A stretch of DNA of 62,276 nt, taken from positions 1-62,276 of the forward strand of contig QCNX01000001.1 of the NCBI GenBank assembly GCA_003210015.1, written 5' to 3'. How positions within the stretch are numbered: the stretch's first letter is position 1; every line of letters begins with the position of its first letter. The DNA comes from Pelagibacteraceae bacterium AG-426-P20 (lineage in GTDB: Bacteria > Pseudomonadota > Alphaproteobacteria > Pelagibacterales > Pelagibacteraceae). The notes beneath the pieces are model-generated. The model saw nothing but the letters and a program-made list of their open reading frames with translations. It was not told where the DNA came from and did not search any database. The position numbers and the translations under genes were made by a program. Below are positions 18,155 to 28,479 of the stretch, piece by piece.

Positions 18155-19282
18155 ATGACAATTTTATCTAACGGCCATTTGTGGAAACACAGTGAGTTTA
18201 TTGAAAATAAAAATTTTTCATTCAATAAAAATAAAATTCTTAGCTCATTATCTAAAAAAGATATTGATGATGCTTACTTAAGCATATCAAGCTGGGAAGG
18301 ATATTCTCCAACTCCATTAATTGAATTAGATAAACTTTCAAAAGAACTAAACTTAAATAAAATTTTTTACAAAGATGAGAGTAAAAGATTTGACCTTAAA
18401 TCTTTTAAAGCTCTTGGTGGAGCTTATGCAGTAGAAAAAGTTTCTAACGGAAATAAAGATATAGTAGTTGCAACTGCAACAGCAGGTAATCACGGTAGAT
18501 CTGTTGCCTGGGGTGCAAGAAGACTTGGTTTGAAATGTAAAATTTTTATAAGTGAATTTGTAAGTGATGCAAGAGGACAGGCAATGGCTGATCTTGGTGC
18601 TGATGTTGTAAAAGTCAAAGGCAATTATGAAAAATCATTAATTGAGTGTATTAAACAATCAACAGATAATAACTGGCAAATAGTTCAAGATGTTGCCTGG
18701 AAAGATTATATGATTGTTCCAAAGTATACCATGGCAGGTTATACGGTTATGATGAGAGAAATTGTTGATCAGATTAATGTAAATAAAATTACCCATATAA
18801 TTTTACAAGCAGGTGTAGGTGGCATGGCAGGAGCAATGGTAGCAGGAATAGCAAGATATCTTGATAATGTTCCAACTACTATAACTGTAGAGCCAGATAG
18901 TGCAGCATGTGTTTTGGAAAGTATCAGAACAGGTAAAATAGAAAAAATTGATATCAAAAGAGAAAGCTTAATGGGGGGTATGTCGTGTGGAGAAGTATCA
19001 TTGGTCCCATGGGAAATTTTAAAAAATTCTGTTAAATATTGTATTAGTTTACCTGATGATGATATTGCAAAAACAATGAAATTACTTGGAAACGCAAGTT
19101 TTAGTGAAGAGAAAATAATTGCTGGAGAAAATTCTGCTCCTGGCGTAATCAGTTTAATTACAAGTTGTGAGGATGAAAAAATAAAAGAAAAAATTAAGTT
19201 AAATAAAGATTCAAATGTAATGCTAATTGGTTGCGAGGGAGATACAGACCAGAAAATGTACCAAAAATTAATAAGCCAATAA
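18155..19282 (+). CDS. dpaL: Diaminopropionate ammonia-lyase (PLP fold II)
   Basis: KDESKRFDLKSFKALGG (PLP lysine), ATAGNHG, QAGVGG, GMSCGE, EGDTD. Confidence 0.8.
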   Translation: MTILSNGHLWKHSEFIENKNFSFNKNKILSSLSKKDIDDAYLSISSWEGYSPTPLIELDKLSKELNLNKIFYKDESKRFDLKSFKALGGAYAVEKVSNGNKDIVVATATAGNHGRSVAWGARRLGLKCKIFISEFVSDARGQAMADLGADVVKVKGNYEKSLIECIKQSTDNNWQIVQDVAWKDYMIVPKYTMAGYTVMMREIVDQINVNKITHIILQAGVGGMAGAMVAGIARYLDNVPTTITVEPDSAACVLESIRTGKIEKIDIKRESLMGGMSCGEVSLVPWEILKNSVKYCISLPDDDIAKTMKLLGNASFSEEKIIAGENSAPGVISLITSCEDEKIKEKIKLNKDSNVMLIGCEGDTDQKMYQKLISQ

Positions 19283-19291
19283 AAAATTTTA

Positions 19292-19756
19292 ATGAAAAAA
19301 ATTTATAAAAAAAAGAGTGAAAATCTTGATTTCTATAAGATTTTTAAACCTGAATTAACTCCAAAGAGAATGATGGAATTAGGTGTTTTTGGAGGAGCAT
19401 ATTTTGGATTGGATGTTAAAGAATACCCAAAAACCTGGTTTAAAAATGTTAAATTAAGTAAGACCTTTGATGTAAAATTGAATAGATTCAAAATTGTATC
19501 AGGATTATCAAGAGAGCATTGGATTGAAAAAGGGTGGATTTTTAAAGAAGATCCTCTCGGTTGGTTTCAATGGTATTGCAGATTTACAAATGGAAGAAGA
19601 GTTCCTCACATGGATGAAATTCAAATCAAAAGATGGAAAAATTTTAGGAGACATGTGATTGCAATAGAAAAGAATTGTGAAAAAGGTGATTTAAGTTGTC
19701 GAAAAAGACAAAGACAAGCAATTTTGCAATGGGCTTATGATCCGTATAAAAGATGA
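19292..19756 (+). CDS. Conserved hypothetical protein
   Basis: FKPELTP..M.ELGVFGGAYF, DPLGWFQWYCRF..GRR, QIKRW, RQRQAILQWAYD. Confidence 0.75.
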   Translation: MKKIYKKKSENLDFYKIFKPELTPKRMMELGVFGGAYFGLDVKEYPKTWFKNVKLSKTFDVKLNRFKIVSGLSREHWIEKGWIFKEDPLGWFQWYCRFTNGRRVPHMDEIQIKRWKNFRRHVIAIEKNCEKGDLSCRKRQRQAILQWAYDPYKR

Positions 19757-19759
19757 GGT

Positions 19760-20179
19760 TTAATTTCCAATAAAATGAAATACTATTTTTCTAACTTGAG
19801 CATTTAATCTATGTTCAAAAAGATATAAACCTTGCCAGGTTCCAAACAATATTTTTCCATCTTTAATACTCAGTGTTATTTGATTATTAGTTAAAGAGGA
19901 TTTAATGTGTGCGGGCATATCATCTTTACCTTCTGCAGTATGGGTATAAAGAGAATTATCCATTGGAGCTAGTTTATCAAAATAATTAATTAAATCGGTT
20001 TGAACATCTGGATCAGCGTTTTCTTGAACAATTAATGATGCGCTAGTATGTTGGATGCTTAAATTTATAATACCATTATTAAATTTATTTTTTTTTATCC
20101 AATTAAATACATCATTTGTAAATTCATAAAGTTTTTGTCCATTGGTATCAATCTGATAGTTTAAAAATTCCTGTCTCAT
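19760..20179 (-). CDS. yjbQ: YjbQ/UPF0047 family protein (secondary thiamine-phosphate synthase)
   Basis: HTSASL..QENADPDV, DMPAHIKS, GTWQGLYLFEHR. Confidence 0.92.
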   Translation of the reverse strand: MRQEFLNYQIDTNGQKLYEFTNDVFNWIKKNKFNNGIINLSIQHTSASLIVQENADPDVQTDLINYFDKLAPMDNSLYTHTAEGKDDMPAHIKSSLTNNQITLSIKDGKILFGTWQGLYLFEHRLNAQVRKIVFHFIGN

Positions 20180-20182
20180 ATA

Positions 20183-21229
20183 TTAATCATAACTAACAGA
20201 AGTAAGTTCATGTAAACGACTGATGGTTCTTTTAAATGGTTCAGCTATACTCTTTGAGGATTTAAGCGAATTTAAATCTACTTCTGATGTAATCATTAAT
20301 GGAATTTTTTTTTCATAAACAATATCAATTAAAGTAATAAATCTTTGTTGTTGATTTGAATTTTCATCTCCAAATTGAGGTAAATTTTCTATGAAAATAA
20401 AATTACATATTTTAGAAATCATTATATAATCTTCGGAACCCAAATTTCTATTACATAGTTCATCAAATTTAAATTTAGCAACTCCATCATAAAAATTTTC
20501 AATTATTAGTTCACGTCCTTTAATTTCTAAAATTTTTAAAGTTTTATTCTTATCTTTAGTAATTTTTCTAAAAAATTTATTAAATATAAAATTAGAAGAC
20601 TCATTTGCAGGAAATAAAAATCTTTTATTTTCTAAATTATTACTTAATCTATAATCATCCGTAATTGATAATTTCTTTTCATAACAATTATTCTCTAAAA
20701 TTTTTATAAATGGTTTAAATTGATCCCTTTGAAGACCATCTTTATAAAGATCATTAATATTTATATTTGAGGAAAAAATAACTTTAATTTTTTCTTCAAA
20801 TATTCTTTTGAATAATTTTCCCAATATCATTGCATCGACAATATTAGTTACCTGAAATTCATCAAAATAAATAATCTCAGTTTTTTTATTTAAATTTTTT
20901 ACAAAAAGTTCGACTCCATTTTCTTTTTCTTTGTTTTGAAAAATAAATTCGTGAAATTTAATCATGAACTCATTAAAATGAAGTCTTATTTTTTTTTCTT
21001 CTATCTTATCGAAAAAAAAATTTAAGATCATTGTTTTTCCTACCCCTACCTCACCCACTAAATAATATCCAAGTTTACTATTTTTTTTTTGGAATAATCT
21101 TTTCAAAAATGACCGGTTGAAATTATTTTTATGATAATCTCTAAGATCATCTATAATTTCAATTTGACTAAGATTAAGTTCATATTGATTATCCTCACAA
21201 TGTTTCGAAAATGATTTTTTTAAATTCAT
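20183..21229 (-). CDS. zapE: Cell division ATPase ZapE (AFG1 family)
   Basis: Walker A GEVGVGKT, RLHFNEFM, FDEFQVTNIVDAMIL, LYKDGLQR, RFITLID, RTISRL. Confidence 0.92.
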   Translation of the reverse strand: MNLKKSFSKHCEDNQYELNLSQIEIIDDLRDYHKNNFNRSFLKRLFQKKNSKLGYYLVGEVGVGKTMILNFFFDKIEEKKIRLHFNEFMIKFHEFIFQNKEKENGVELFVKNLNKKTEIIYFDEFQVTNIVDAMILGKLFKRIFEEKIKVIFSSNININDLYKDGLQRDQFKPFIKILENNCYEKKLSITDDYRLSNNLENKRFLFPANESSNFIFNKFFRKITKDKNKTLKILEIKGRELIIENFYDGVAKFKFDELCNRNLGSEDYIMISKICNFIFIENLPQFGDENSNQQQRFITLIDIVYEKKIPLMITSEVDLNSLKSSKSIAEPFKRTISRLHELTSVSYD

Positions 21230-21654
21230 TTCTTTATTTTAAAGTCAATTCCATATTCAGATCTAGGTCCATTTCTTAATCCAAAAGGACCTGGTATAAA
21301 AATAGTCATAGGTCTTGTTCCATGTTTTAAATCTACTCGATGGTAATCGTTTGCTGATCTAAAGCCAATATAGCCAGGCTTTCTCCAAAATTTACCTTTT
21401 TTAGTTGTTTCCCAGTAACCTCCCTTAAGAATTATTGTTATATAAGGACATAAATGATTATGTACCCCTTCACCATGGTCATCTGCTAGCATCTCATGAA
21501 TTAGGATATTAAAAGGAAACCATTTAGGCCTATTTCTGAATAATACATAATATCTATTTAACCATGGTTTAGCCAAATTGTATTTTGGATGAGATGGACC
21601 ACGATCTAAAACAACTTTTTTTCTTCCAAATTTTTCTAAAATTTTTAAGAACAT
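21226..21654 (-). CDS. Cupin-like hypothetical protein
   Basis: HNHLCPYITIILKGGYWE plus a distal YHRV, an HxH...E...H metal-site pattern. Confidence 0.6.
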   Translation of the reverse strand: MFLKILEKFGRKKVVLDRGPSHPKYNLAKPWLNRYYVLFRNRPKWFPFNILIHEMLADDHGEGVHNHLCPYITIILKGGYWETTKKGKFWRKPGYIGFRSANDYHRVDLKHGTRPMTIFIPGPFGLRNGPRSEYGIDFKIKK

Positions 21655-21662
21655 TAGATTAA

Positions 21663-22973
21663 CTAATATATTTTTACAATTTCATTATTTTTAATAATAA
21701 ATAACTGCTTGTTGTTTATAAATGGTTTGCTTAATTGATTTCCACCAACATTCAATATTGATGATTGTTTTCCATCGCTAATATTTGCTTCTAAAATTTT
21801 TCCATTATTTAAAGATAAATAAATTGCATTATTACTTAATATAAACCCAGAAATTTTAATTTTGGATCTTTTTCTTTTACTTAAATTTTTAAACAAATCA
21901 TTAATTCTGACAATGTTTCCATTTCTTTTATCTATAACAAATAAATAACCCTCATTATTAACAGTAAAAATTAAATTTTTTGCTATTATTGGTGTAAAAT
22001 AGGAACTTATATTTTGTTTCCAATTTATAACTCCATTATTTTTATCAAGAGAAAAGAAAGCATTTTGATTATTTGAAAAATACAAACTATCCTTATCTAA
22101 AACTAAATTTGAATTCTTATGCAGAAATGATTTTGTCGAAATATTTGTATTTCTTAAAGGTATAAGCCATGCCAATCTACCTGAATTTTTATCTAAAGAA
22201 TAAATATCACCATTTGAATTATTAAAATATAATTTTTTATCATCCAATACAATTGATAGTTTCTTTTGTGATTTTATCAAAAGATTTTCTGTATTGAAAC
22301 TCCAAAGTTTTTTTCCATTAATCAAATTAAAACAAAAAATATTATTGTTTGAGTCAACTGCAAAAAATTTATCTTTATCAATTTTGACTTTAGAAATGAA
22401 AATAGTTTCATGACTTTCATCCCAAATTATTTCACCTGTAGTTAAATTTAAAGCGTAATATTTTGATAAACTATCATTAACAATTAATATTTTTCCATTA
22501 GTTGAAAAATTTAAGATTGGTAATGACTTTTTTTCTTGTTTAGAATAAAAATTTTTTTTCCAAATTACTTTTGAATTATCATTGAATTTTATAATCGTAC
22601 CATTTTTATCAAAAAAAATTAAATTATCTTTATCAAAAATTAAATCATAACTAAAATTTTCAAAATTTTTAATTTTTGAAAATTTATATTTTGATTTTTT
22701 CTTAAAAGTTTCAAAAGTCAATAAAGGTCCTGAATTATTATCATTTTTAAAGTTATAATTTATTTTTGTTTTTAAAGGTGTTTTTATAATTAAATTTTGA
22801 TTTAACTCTTTAGTATCAATTTTTTTAATTTCAAAAAGAATTTGAGATTTAGACTCTAGTGAGGCTTCTTTTTTAATATTCTCAGTTTGAGTCCATATTC
22901 CTGATCTAGTATCAAAGGAACAATTTGAATAGATTGTAATAATAAATAAAAAAAATGATATTTTCTTAATCAC
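21663..22973 (-). CDS. PQQ-type beta-propeller lipoprotein, BamB-like
   Basis: Signal peptide with Cys, repeated ..G...W propeller motifs, downstream of a YfgM-like gene. Confidence 0.75.
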   Translation of the reverse strand: MIKKISFFLFIITIYSNCSFDTRSGIWTQTENIKKEASLESKSQILFEIKKIDTKELNQNLIIKTPLKTKINYNFKNDNNSGPLLTFETFKKKSKYKFSKIKNFENFSYDLIFDKDNLIFFDKNGTIIKFNDNSKVIWKKNFYSKQEKKSLPILNFSTNGKILIVNDSLSKYYALNLTTGEIIWDESHETIFISKVKIDKDKFFAVDSNNNIFCFNLINGKKLWSFNTENLLIKSQKKLSIVLDDKKLYFNNSNGDIYSLDKNSGRLAWLIPLRNTNISTKSFLHKNSNLVLDKDSLYFSNNQNAFFSLDKNNGVINWKQNISSYFTPIIAKNLIFTVNNEGYLFVIDKRNGNIVRINDLFKNLSKRKRSKIKISGFILSNNAIYLSLNNGKILEANISDGKQSSILNVGGNQLSKPFINNKQLFIIKNNEIVKIY

Positions 22974-23611
22974 TAAAAATCTCTATTTAACCTTTTTTGT
23001 GACTCAATTTTTAAAGTTCGATTAGCTTCTTCTAAAGAAATAATTTTATTAAAAAATTCTTTTGACTTTTGTTTTTCACCTTTGGAATAGAAATATTCAG
23101 CCATTAAATATAAACCGTGAGATTTCCAAACACTTTTGGAATTTATTATAGGACTTAATATATCTAATAGTTGAATTTCATTGCTATTATCTGCGTTATA
23201 TAAGGCTTTTTTATATATAATTAAATTTCTAATTTCTTTCTCAAGTGACACTTCTTCAATAATTATGTCAAACAATTCATTAATTTTTGTCTGATTTGTA
23301 ACGAGAGCATTATCAATTATAAAATATAATGATAAAGGTGAATATGTTGAGTCTTTTTTATTTATCAGATCAATTAATGCATTTTTTGTAATTTCACTAT
23401 TTTTTTTTGAATACTCTGCAACTATAAGGTTATATTGGTTTGATATTTTTATTTTATTTCTTTCTTTAAACTCACCAAATATAAAAAAGCTTATAAGTAA
23501 AAATATAATGAAAACTAAAAATGAAATTAATAATTTTTTATTGTTAATTAAAAAATTTTTTACCTTTTCATTTCTGGTGTTACTGTTGATTATAGCTATA
23601 TCTTCATCCAT
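22973..23611 (-). CDS. YfgM-like TPR membrane protein
   Basis: N-terminal TM anchor followed by helical repeats; upstream of the BamB-like gene. Confidence 0.65.
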   Translation of the reverse strand: MDEDIAIINSNTRNEKVKNFLINNKKLLISFLVFIIFLLISFFIFGEFKERNKIKISNQYNLIVAEYSKKNSEITKNALIDLINKKDSTYSPLSLYFIIDNALVTNQTKINELFDIIIEEVSLEKEIRNLIIYKKALYNADNSNEIQLLDILSPIINSKSVWKSHGLYLMAEYFYSKGEKQKSKEFFNKIISLEEANRTLKIESQKRLNRDF

Positions 23612-23613
23612 AT

Positions 23614-26283
23614 TTAAATCATATTTCTAAGAACGTACTGAAGAATTCCTCCATTTTTATAGTATTCTATTTCATTCTTTGTGTCTATTCGGCAAAGGGT
23701 GTCTACTAATTTTATATCTCCAGAAGAGTACTTAATCTCTATTTTCACAATATCAGATGGTTTTATGCCTTTCTCAATATCTATAACACTAATTAACTCT
23801 GATCCGGTTAAATTTAAATTTATCCTATTCATGTTATCTTTAAATTGCAATGGCAAGATTCCCATTCCTATTAAATTTGACCTATGAATTCTTTCAAAAC
23901 TTTCAGCAATCACCGCTTTAATACCTAATAATTTAGCTCCTTTGGCTGCCCAGTCTCGTGATGATCCAGTTCCATACTCTTTACCGCCTATAACCACTAA
24001 ATCTGTTCCTCTTTTTTTATATTCAACAACTGCATCATAAATTGGCATAATTTTATTTTCTGGATATAATTTTGTAAAACCACCTTCTGTTCCTGGTGCC
24101 ATTTCATTTTTAATTCTTATATTTGCAAAAGTTCCTCTCATCATAACTTCGTGGTTTCCTCTTCTTGAGCCATAGGAATTATAATCTTTTGGTAAAATTT
24201 GGCGCTCCATGAAATAATCTCCTGTCGGACTATCTTTTTGAATATTACCTGCTGGAGATATATGATCTGTTGTTACCATATCGCCTAAAATTAATAATGG
24301 TCTTGCATCTTTAATTTCTTTAAAACCTTCGGGTTTATCTGAAAGGTTATCAAAAAATGGTGGTTTTTTTACGTAGGTTGAATTGTCTTCCCAATTATAA
24401 ATACTACTTTTTTCAGTTTTGATTTGCTGCCATTGTATAGGGCCTTCAGAAACATTAGAGTATCTTTTGATAAACATTTCTGCACTTAAAGATGATTTTA
24501 AAGTTTCCTCTATTTCCTTATTTGATGGCCAGATATCCTTCATAAATATATCTTTACCATCTTTATCTTTTCCTAGAGAATCTTTATATAAATCAAAATT
24601 CATATGACCGGCTAAAGCATAAGCAACAACTAATGGAGGTGATGCTAGGTAGTTTGCTTTTATATGGGGTGAAATCCTTCCCTCAAAATTTCTGTTACCA
24701 GATAAAACTGAAACTGCATAAATATTTTCTTTTTGGATAGCTTCAACAATATTTTCCGCCAATGGTCCAGAATTGCCAATACATGTTGTGCAACCATATC
24801 CAACAAGATTGAATCCAAGTTTATCTAAATAAGTATTCAGTCCAGCTTTTTCTAAATAATCAGTAACTACTTGAGATCCAGGTGCTAGTGAAGTTTTAAC
24901 CCAAGGTTTTACTTCAAGGCCTAATTCAACTGCTTTTTTTGCTAGTAAACCAGCTCCAATAAGAACATTTGGATTAGATGTATTTGTACAGGAAGTTATT
25001 GCGGCAATTAAAATTGAACCGTCTTTAATTTCAAATTCAGAATTTGGAACTTTAGAAATAGAGAAATCTTTTTTTTTTGTTATTTCTTTAAAGCTATCAT
25101 TAAAACTCTTTGCAGCATCAGTTAATAAAACTTTATCTTGTGGTCTTTTAGGACCAGATATTGTTGGCACTATTGTGGACATGTCCAATGTTAAAGTGTC
25201 AGTAAACTCAATTTCATTGCTGGCCCATAAACCTTGCATCTTAGCATATTCTTCAACAATTTTGATTGTATTTTTATCTCTACCCGAAAATTCAAGATAT
25301 TTTAAAGTTTCTTCATCTATCGGAAAAAAACCACAAGTCGCACCATACTCAGGAGCCATATTTGCAATTGTAGCTCTATCAGCTAATGTTAAATTTTTTA
25401 ATCCTTCACCATAAAATTCTACAAATTTTCCTACTACACCTTTGTCTCTCAACATCTTAACAACAGTTAAAACTAAGTCGGTAGCAGTTGTGCCCTCTGG
25501 CATTTTATTTTTCATTTCAAAACCAATTACCTCTGGAATTAACATTGAAATTGGCTGACCTAACATACCAGCTTCTGCTTCAATACCTCCAACACCCCAA
25601 CCTAATACTGATAGACCATTTACCATAGTGGTATGACTATCTGTACCCACTAGGGTATCAGGAAATAAATAGTTATCTTCTTTATATTTTGCTGACCAAA
25701 CTACTTTAGAAAGATACTCCAAATTTACCTGGTGACATATTCCTGTACCAGGTGGAACAATTCTCAAATTATTAAATGCCTGTTGTCCCCACTTTAAAAA
25801 AGAATATCTTTCACCATTTCTATTAAATTCAATTTCTACATTTTTATCAAATGAGTCTGATTTTGCAGATTGGTCTACTTGGACAGAATGATCAATCACA
25901 AGATCAACAGCTGAAAGAGGGTTAATAGTGTTTGGATCTTTATTTTTTTCTTTAACAGCCTCTCTCATTGCGGCTAAATCAGCAACAGCTGGTATACCAG
26001 TATAATCTTGTAGTAAAACTCTAGCTGGCCTGTATGCTATTTCTGTTTTTGAATTTTTTTCTTCCAACCAATTTTTTATTGCCTCTATTTGATTTTTATT
26101 AACCGATAAATCATCTTCATATCTTAAAAGGTTTTCTAAAAGTACTTTAAGCGATTTTGGCAATTTAGAAATGCCTTTTAAACCATTTTCTTCTGCTTTA
26201 ATTAAAGAAAAAATTTTATAATTTTTGCCATTAATCTTTATGTCAGATAGTGAGTTATATGAATTTTTTGTTCCTGGTTTCAT
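23614..26283 (-). CDS. acnA: Aconitate hydratase A
   Basis: QDYTGIPAVADLA, GTDSHT, ITSCTNTSNP, GCTTCIGNSG, TTDHISPAG, GSSRDWAAKG. Confidence 0.98.
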   Translation of the reverse strand: MKPGTKNSYNSLSDIKINGKNYKIFSLIKAEENGLKGISKLPKSLKVLLENLLRYEDDLSVNKNQIEAIKNWLEEKNSKTEIAYRPARVLLQDYTGIPAVADLAAMREAVKEKNKDPNTINPLSAVDLVIDHSVQVDQSAKSDSFDKNVEIEFNRNGERYSFLKWGQQAFNNLRIVPPGTGICHQVNLEYLSKVVWSAKYKEDNYLFPDTLVGTDSHTTMVNGLSVLGWGVGGIEAEAGMLGQPISMLIPEVIGFEMKNKMPEGTTATDLVLTVVKMLRDKGVVGKFVEFYGEGLKNLTLADRATIANMAPEYGATCGFFPIDEETLKYLEFSGRDKNTIKIVEEYAKMQGLWASNEIEFTDTLTLDMSTIVPTISGPKRPQDKVLLTDAAKSFNDSFKEITKKKDFSISKVPNSEFEIKDGSILIAAITSCTNTSNPNVLIGAGLLAKKAVELGLEVKPWVKTSLAPGSQVVTDYLEKAGLNTYLDKLGFNLVGYGCTTCIGNSGPLAENIVEAIQKENIYAVSVLSGNRNFEGRISPHIKANYLASPPLVVAYALAGHMNFDLYKDSLGKDKDGKDIFMKDIWPSNKEIEETLKSSLSAEMFIKRYSNVSEGPIQWQQIKTEKSSIYNWEDNSTYVKKPPFFDNLSDKPEGFKEIKDARPLLILGDMVTTDHISPAGNIQKDSPTGDYFMERQILPKDYNSYGSRRGNHEVMMRGTFANIRIKNEMAPGTEGGFTKLYPENKIMPIYDAVVEYKKRGTDLVVIGGKEYGTGSSRDWAAKGAKLLGIKAVIAESFERIHRSNLIGMGILPLQFKDNMNRINLNLTGSELISVIDIEKGIKPSDIVKIEIKYSSGDIKLVDTLCRIDTKNEIEYYKNGGILQYVLRNMI

Positions 26284-26286
26284 AGT

Positions 26287-26877
26287 TTATATATAAAATG
26301 TAATTATGCTCAAAAGAAGAAGCCCTGACATAGCATAATTAAAGTACTTAATAAATTTATCATTTGTCGCAAATTTCCTTAGAAATTTACCTATAAATGT
26401 CCATAAGGTAATACTTGTTAGTGAAAATAAGAAAGCAAGTACAACCACTTGAGTCGCATAATTAATATAATTCTCTCCCAGTTCAACATAGGTAGAAACT
26501 ACAATAATTGCCACCATCACACCTTTTGGATTCAAATATTGAAAAAAAAAGGTTTCTATAAATTTAACTGGATTTTCTTTTTTTGTTTCATCAGAATTTG
26601 TGGAAGATGCAATTTTGTAAGCTAAGTAAATTAAAAATAATGTTCCCAAATATTTAATTATAATTTGTATTATTGGAAATAACTTAAATACATTAATCAA
26701 TCCAATCGTTAAAAAGATGACTAATGAAGTAAAGCCCAAAGTTACTCCAAGAATATGTGGAATAGTTTTGGTAATACCAAAATTAAAACCTGAATAAGAA
26801 GCAACTACATTATTTGGTCCTGGTGTATAAGCTGTTACAAACCAGAATAAAGCTATTGATAATATTTCAGGATGCAT
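26287..26877 (-). CDS. LysE/RhtB-family translocator
   Basis: TPGPNN and LNPKG motifs, multi-TM. Confidence 0.9.
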   Translation of the reverse strand: MHPEILSIALFWFVTAYTPGPNNVVASYSGFNFGITKTIPHILGVTLGFTSLVIFLTIGLINVFKLFPIIQIIIKYLGTLFLIYLAYKIASSTNSDETKKENPVKFIETFFFQYLNPKGVMVAIIVVSTYVELGENYINYATQVVVLAFLFSLTSITLWTFIGKFLRKFATNDKFIKYFNYAMSGLLLLSIITFYI

Positions 26878-26879
26878 GT

Positions 26880-27221
26880 TTATGCTATTGGCAATCCATT
26901 TTCAGATTTTTGAGATGGGTGCACTAAAATTACTTTTCCCTCTTTATCAATAGAACCTAAAATCAAAACCTGAGAAACTACACCAGCAATATTTTTTTCA
27001 GCGAAATTACAAACACCTATTACCTGTTTACCCTTTAAATTCTCTTCATTATAATAATGAGTGATCTGAGCTGAAGATTGTTTAATCCCAACTTCTTCAC
27101 CAAAATCTACTTCAACAACTAATGATGGTTTTCTGGCCTTTTCATTTTTTTTGACTGAAATTACAGTTCCAACTCTAATATCAACTTTATCAAAAATATC
27201 GTATGTTATTTGTTCTTTCAT
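26880..27221 (-). CDS. csaA: CsaA/Trbp111 tRNA-binding chaperone
   Basis: FDKVDIRVG, KQSSAQIT, IAGVVSQVLILG. Confidence 0.9.
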   Translation of the reverse strand: MKEQITYDIFDKVDIRVGTVISVKKNEKARKPSLVVEVDFGEEVGIKQSSAQITHYYNEENLKGKQVIGVCNFAEKNIAGVVSQVLILGSIDKEGKVILVHPSQKSENGLPIA

Positions 27222-27250
27222 AAATGCAGTATTTATATTAATTATTACTT

Positions 27251-28441
27251 ATGAGTACAGAAATTAATTTAGATGAATTATATAACAATTCAGTTCAGAT
27301 TTTGACTGATCTAATAGGATTTAGAACAATTTCTGGGGAAGATAATAGCGCTTTAATAAATTATTGTGAAAACTATCTTCACAAGCTTGGAGCTACTTCT
27401 TTTAAAACCTTTGATAAAGAAAAAAAAAGAGTAAATCTTTTTGCTACTCTTAAAGCAAAAAAATCTAACGGTATAAAACCAATAATTTTATCTGGACATA
27501 CAGACACAGTTCCTGTGTCAAAAAGCTGGAGCACTGATCCATTCAAGGCTACTGTTAAAGGTGACAAGCTTTATGGCAGAGGTTCGTGTGATATGAAAGG
27601 TTTTATAGCTTGCACTTTAGCTTTTGCTCCTATTTATGCTAAAACAGATTTAAATAGAGATATTCATTTTTGTTTTACTTTTGATGAAGAAACAGCCTGT
27701 TTAGGAGCTCCAATATTGATTGAAGAATTAAAAAAGAGAAATATCCAAGATGGTATTTGTATAATTGGAGAACCCACAAAAATGAAAATTATTGATGCCC
27801 ATAAAGGATGTTATGAATATACAACTTATTTTGAAGGTTTAGCAGGTCATAGTTCTGCGCCGCATAAGGGTGTTAGTGCAGTAGAGTTTGCAGCAAGATA
27901 TGCAAATAAATTAATTGAACTAAGAGAACAACTTAAAAAAAGAGCTCCTAAAGACTCTATATTTGATCCACCTTTCTCGACTTTACAAGTAGGAGGGATT
28001 TTTGGTGGAATAGCTCACAATGTAATTGCAGATAAATGTCATATCAATTGGGAAACACGACCAGTAATTAAGGAAGACGGAGTATTTTTGAATAATGAGA
28101 TTGACAAATATGCAAATGAAATTCTTTTGCCAGAAATGAAAAAAGTTTTTTCTAAGTCTAACATAAAAAAAGAAATTATTGGGGAAGTCACAGGGTTTGA
28201 TCGTGTTAAAAAATCTGAAGCATGTGAGTTAGTTTCTAGTTTGACTGGTGATAATTCTAGAGAAGTAGTTTCATTTGGAACTGAAGCGGGCTTGTTTCAA
28301 GAAATAGGTATTAGTACTGTTGTATGTGGACCTGGATCTATCGAACAAGCACATAAAGTAGATGAATTTATTGAACTTAACGAATTAAAAAAATGTTTAA
28401 GTTTTTTAAATGGTATAAAGTCCAAATCTACATCAAATTAA
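27251..28441 (+). CDS. argE: Acetylornithine deacetylase-like M20 amidohydrolase
   Basis: LSGHTDTVP, GRGSCDMKG, FDEE, GEPT, FGTEAG, GPGSIEQAH. Confidence 0.85.
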   Translation: MSTEINLDELYNNSVQILTDLIGFRTISGEDNSALINYCENYLHKLGATSFKTFDKEKKRVNLFATLKAKKSNGIKPIILSGHTDTVPVSKSWSTDPFKATVKGDKLYGRGSCDMKGFIACTLAFAPIYAKTDLNRDIHFCFTFDEETACLGAPILIEELKKRNIQDGICIIGEPTKMKIIDAHKGCYEYTTYFEGLAGHSSAPHKGVSAVEFAARYANKLIELREQLKKRAPKDSIFDPPFSTLQVGGIFGGIAHNVIADKCHINWETRPVIKEDGVFLNNEIDKYANEILLPEMKKVFSKSNIKKEIIGEVTGFDRVKKSEACELVSSLTGDNSREVVSFGTEAGLFQEIGISTVVCGPGSIEQAHKVDEFIELNELKKCLSFLNGIKSKSTSN

Positions 28442-28479
28442 TAAATTGTTAAGAAATCTAAATTAATTTATAATTGTAC

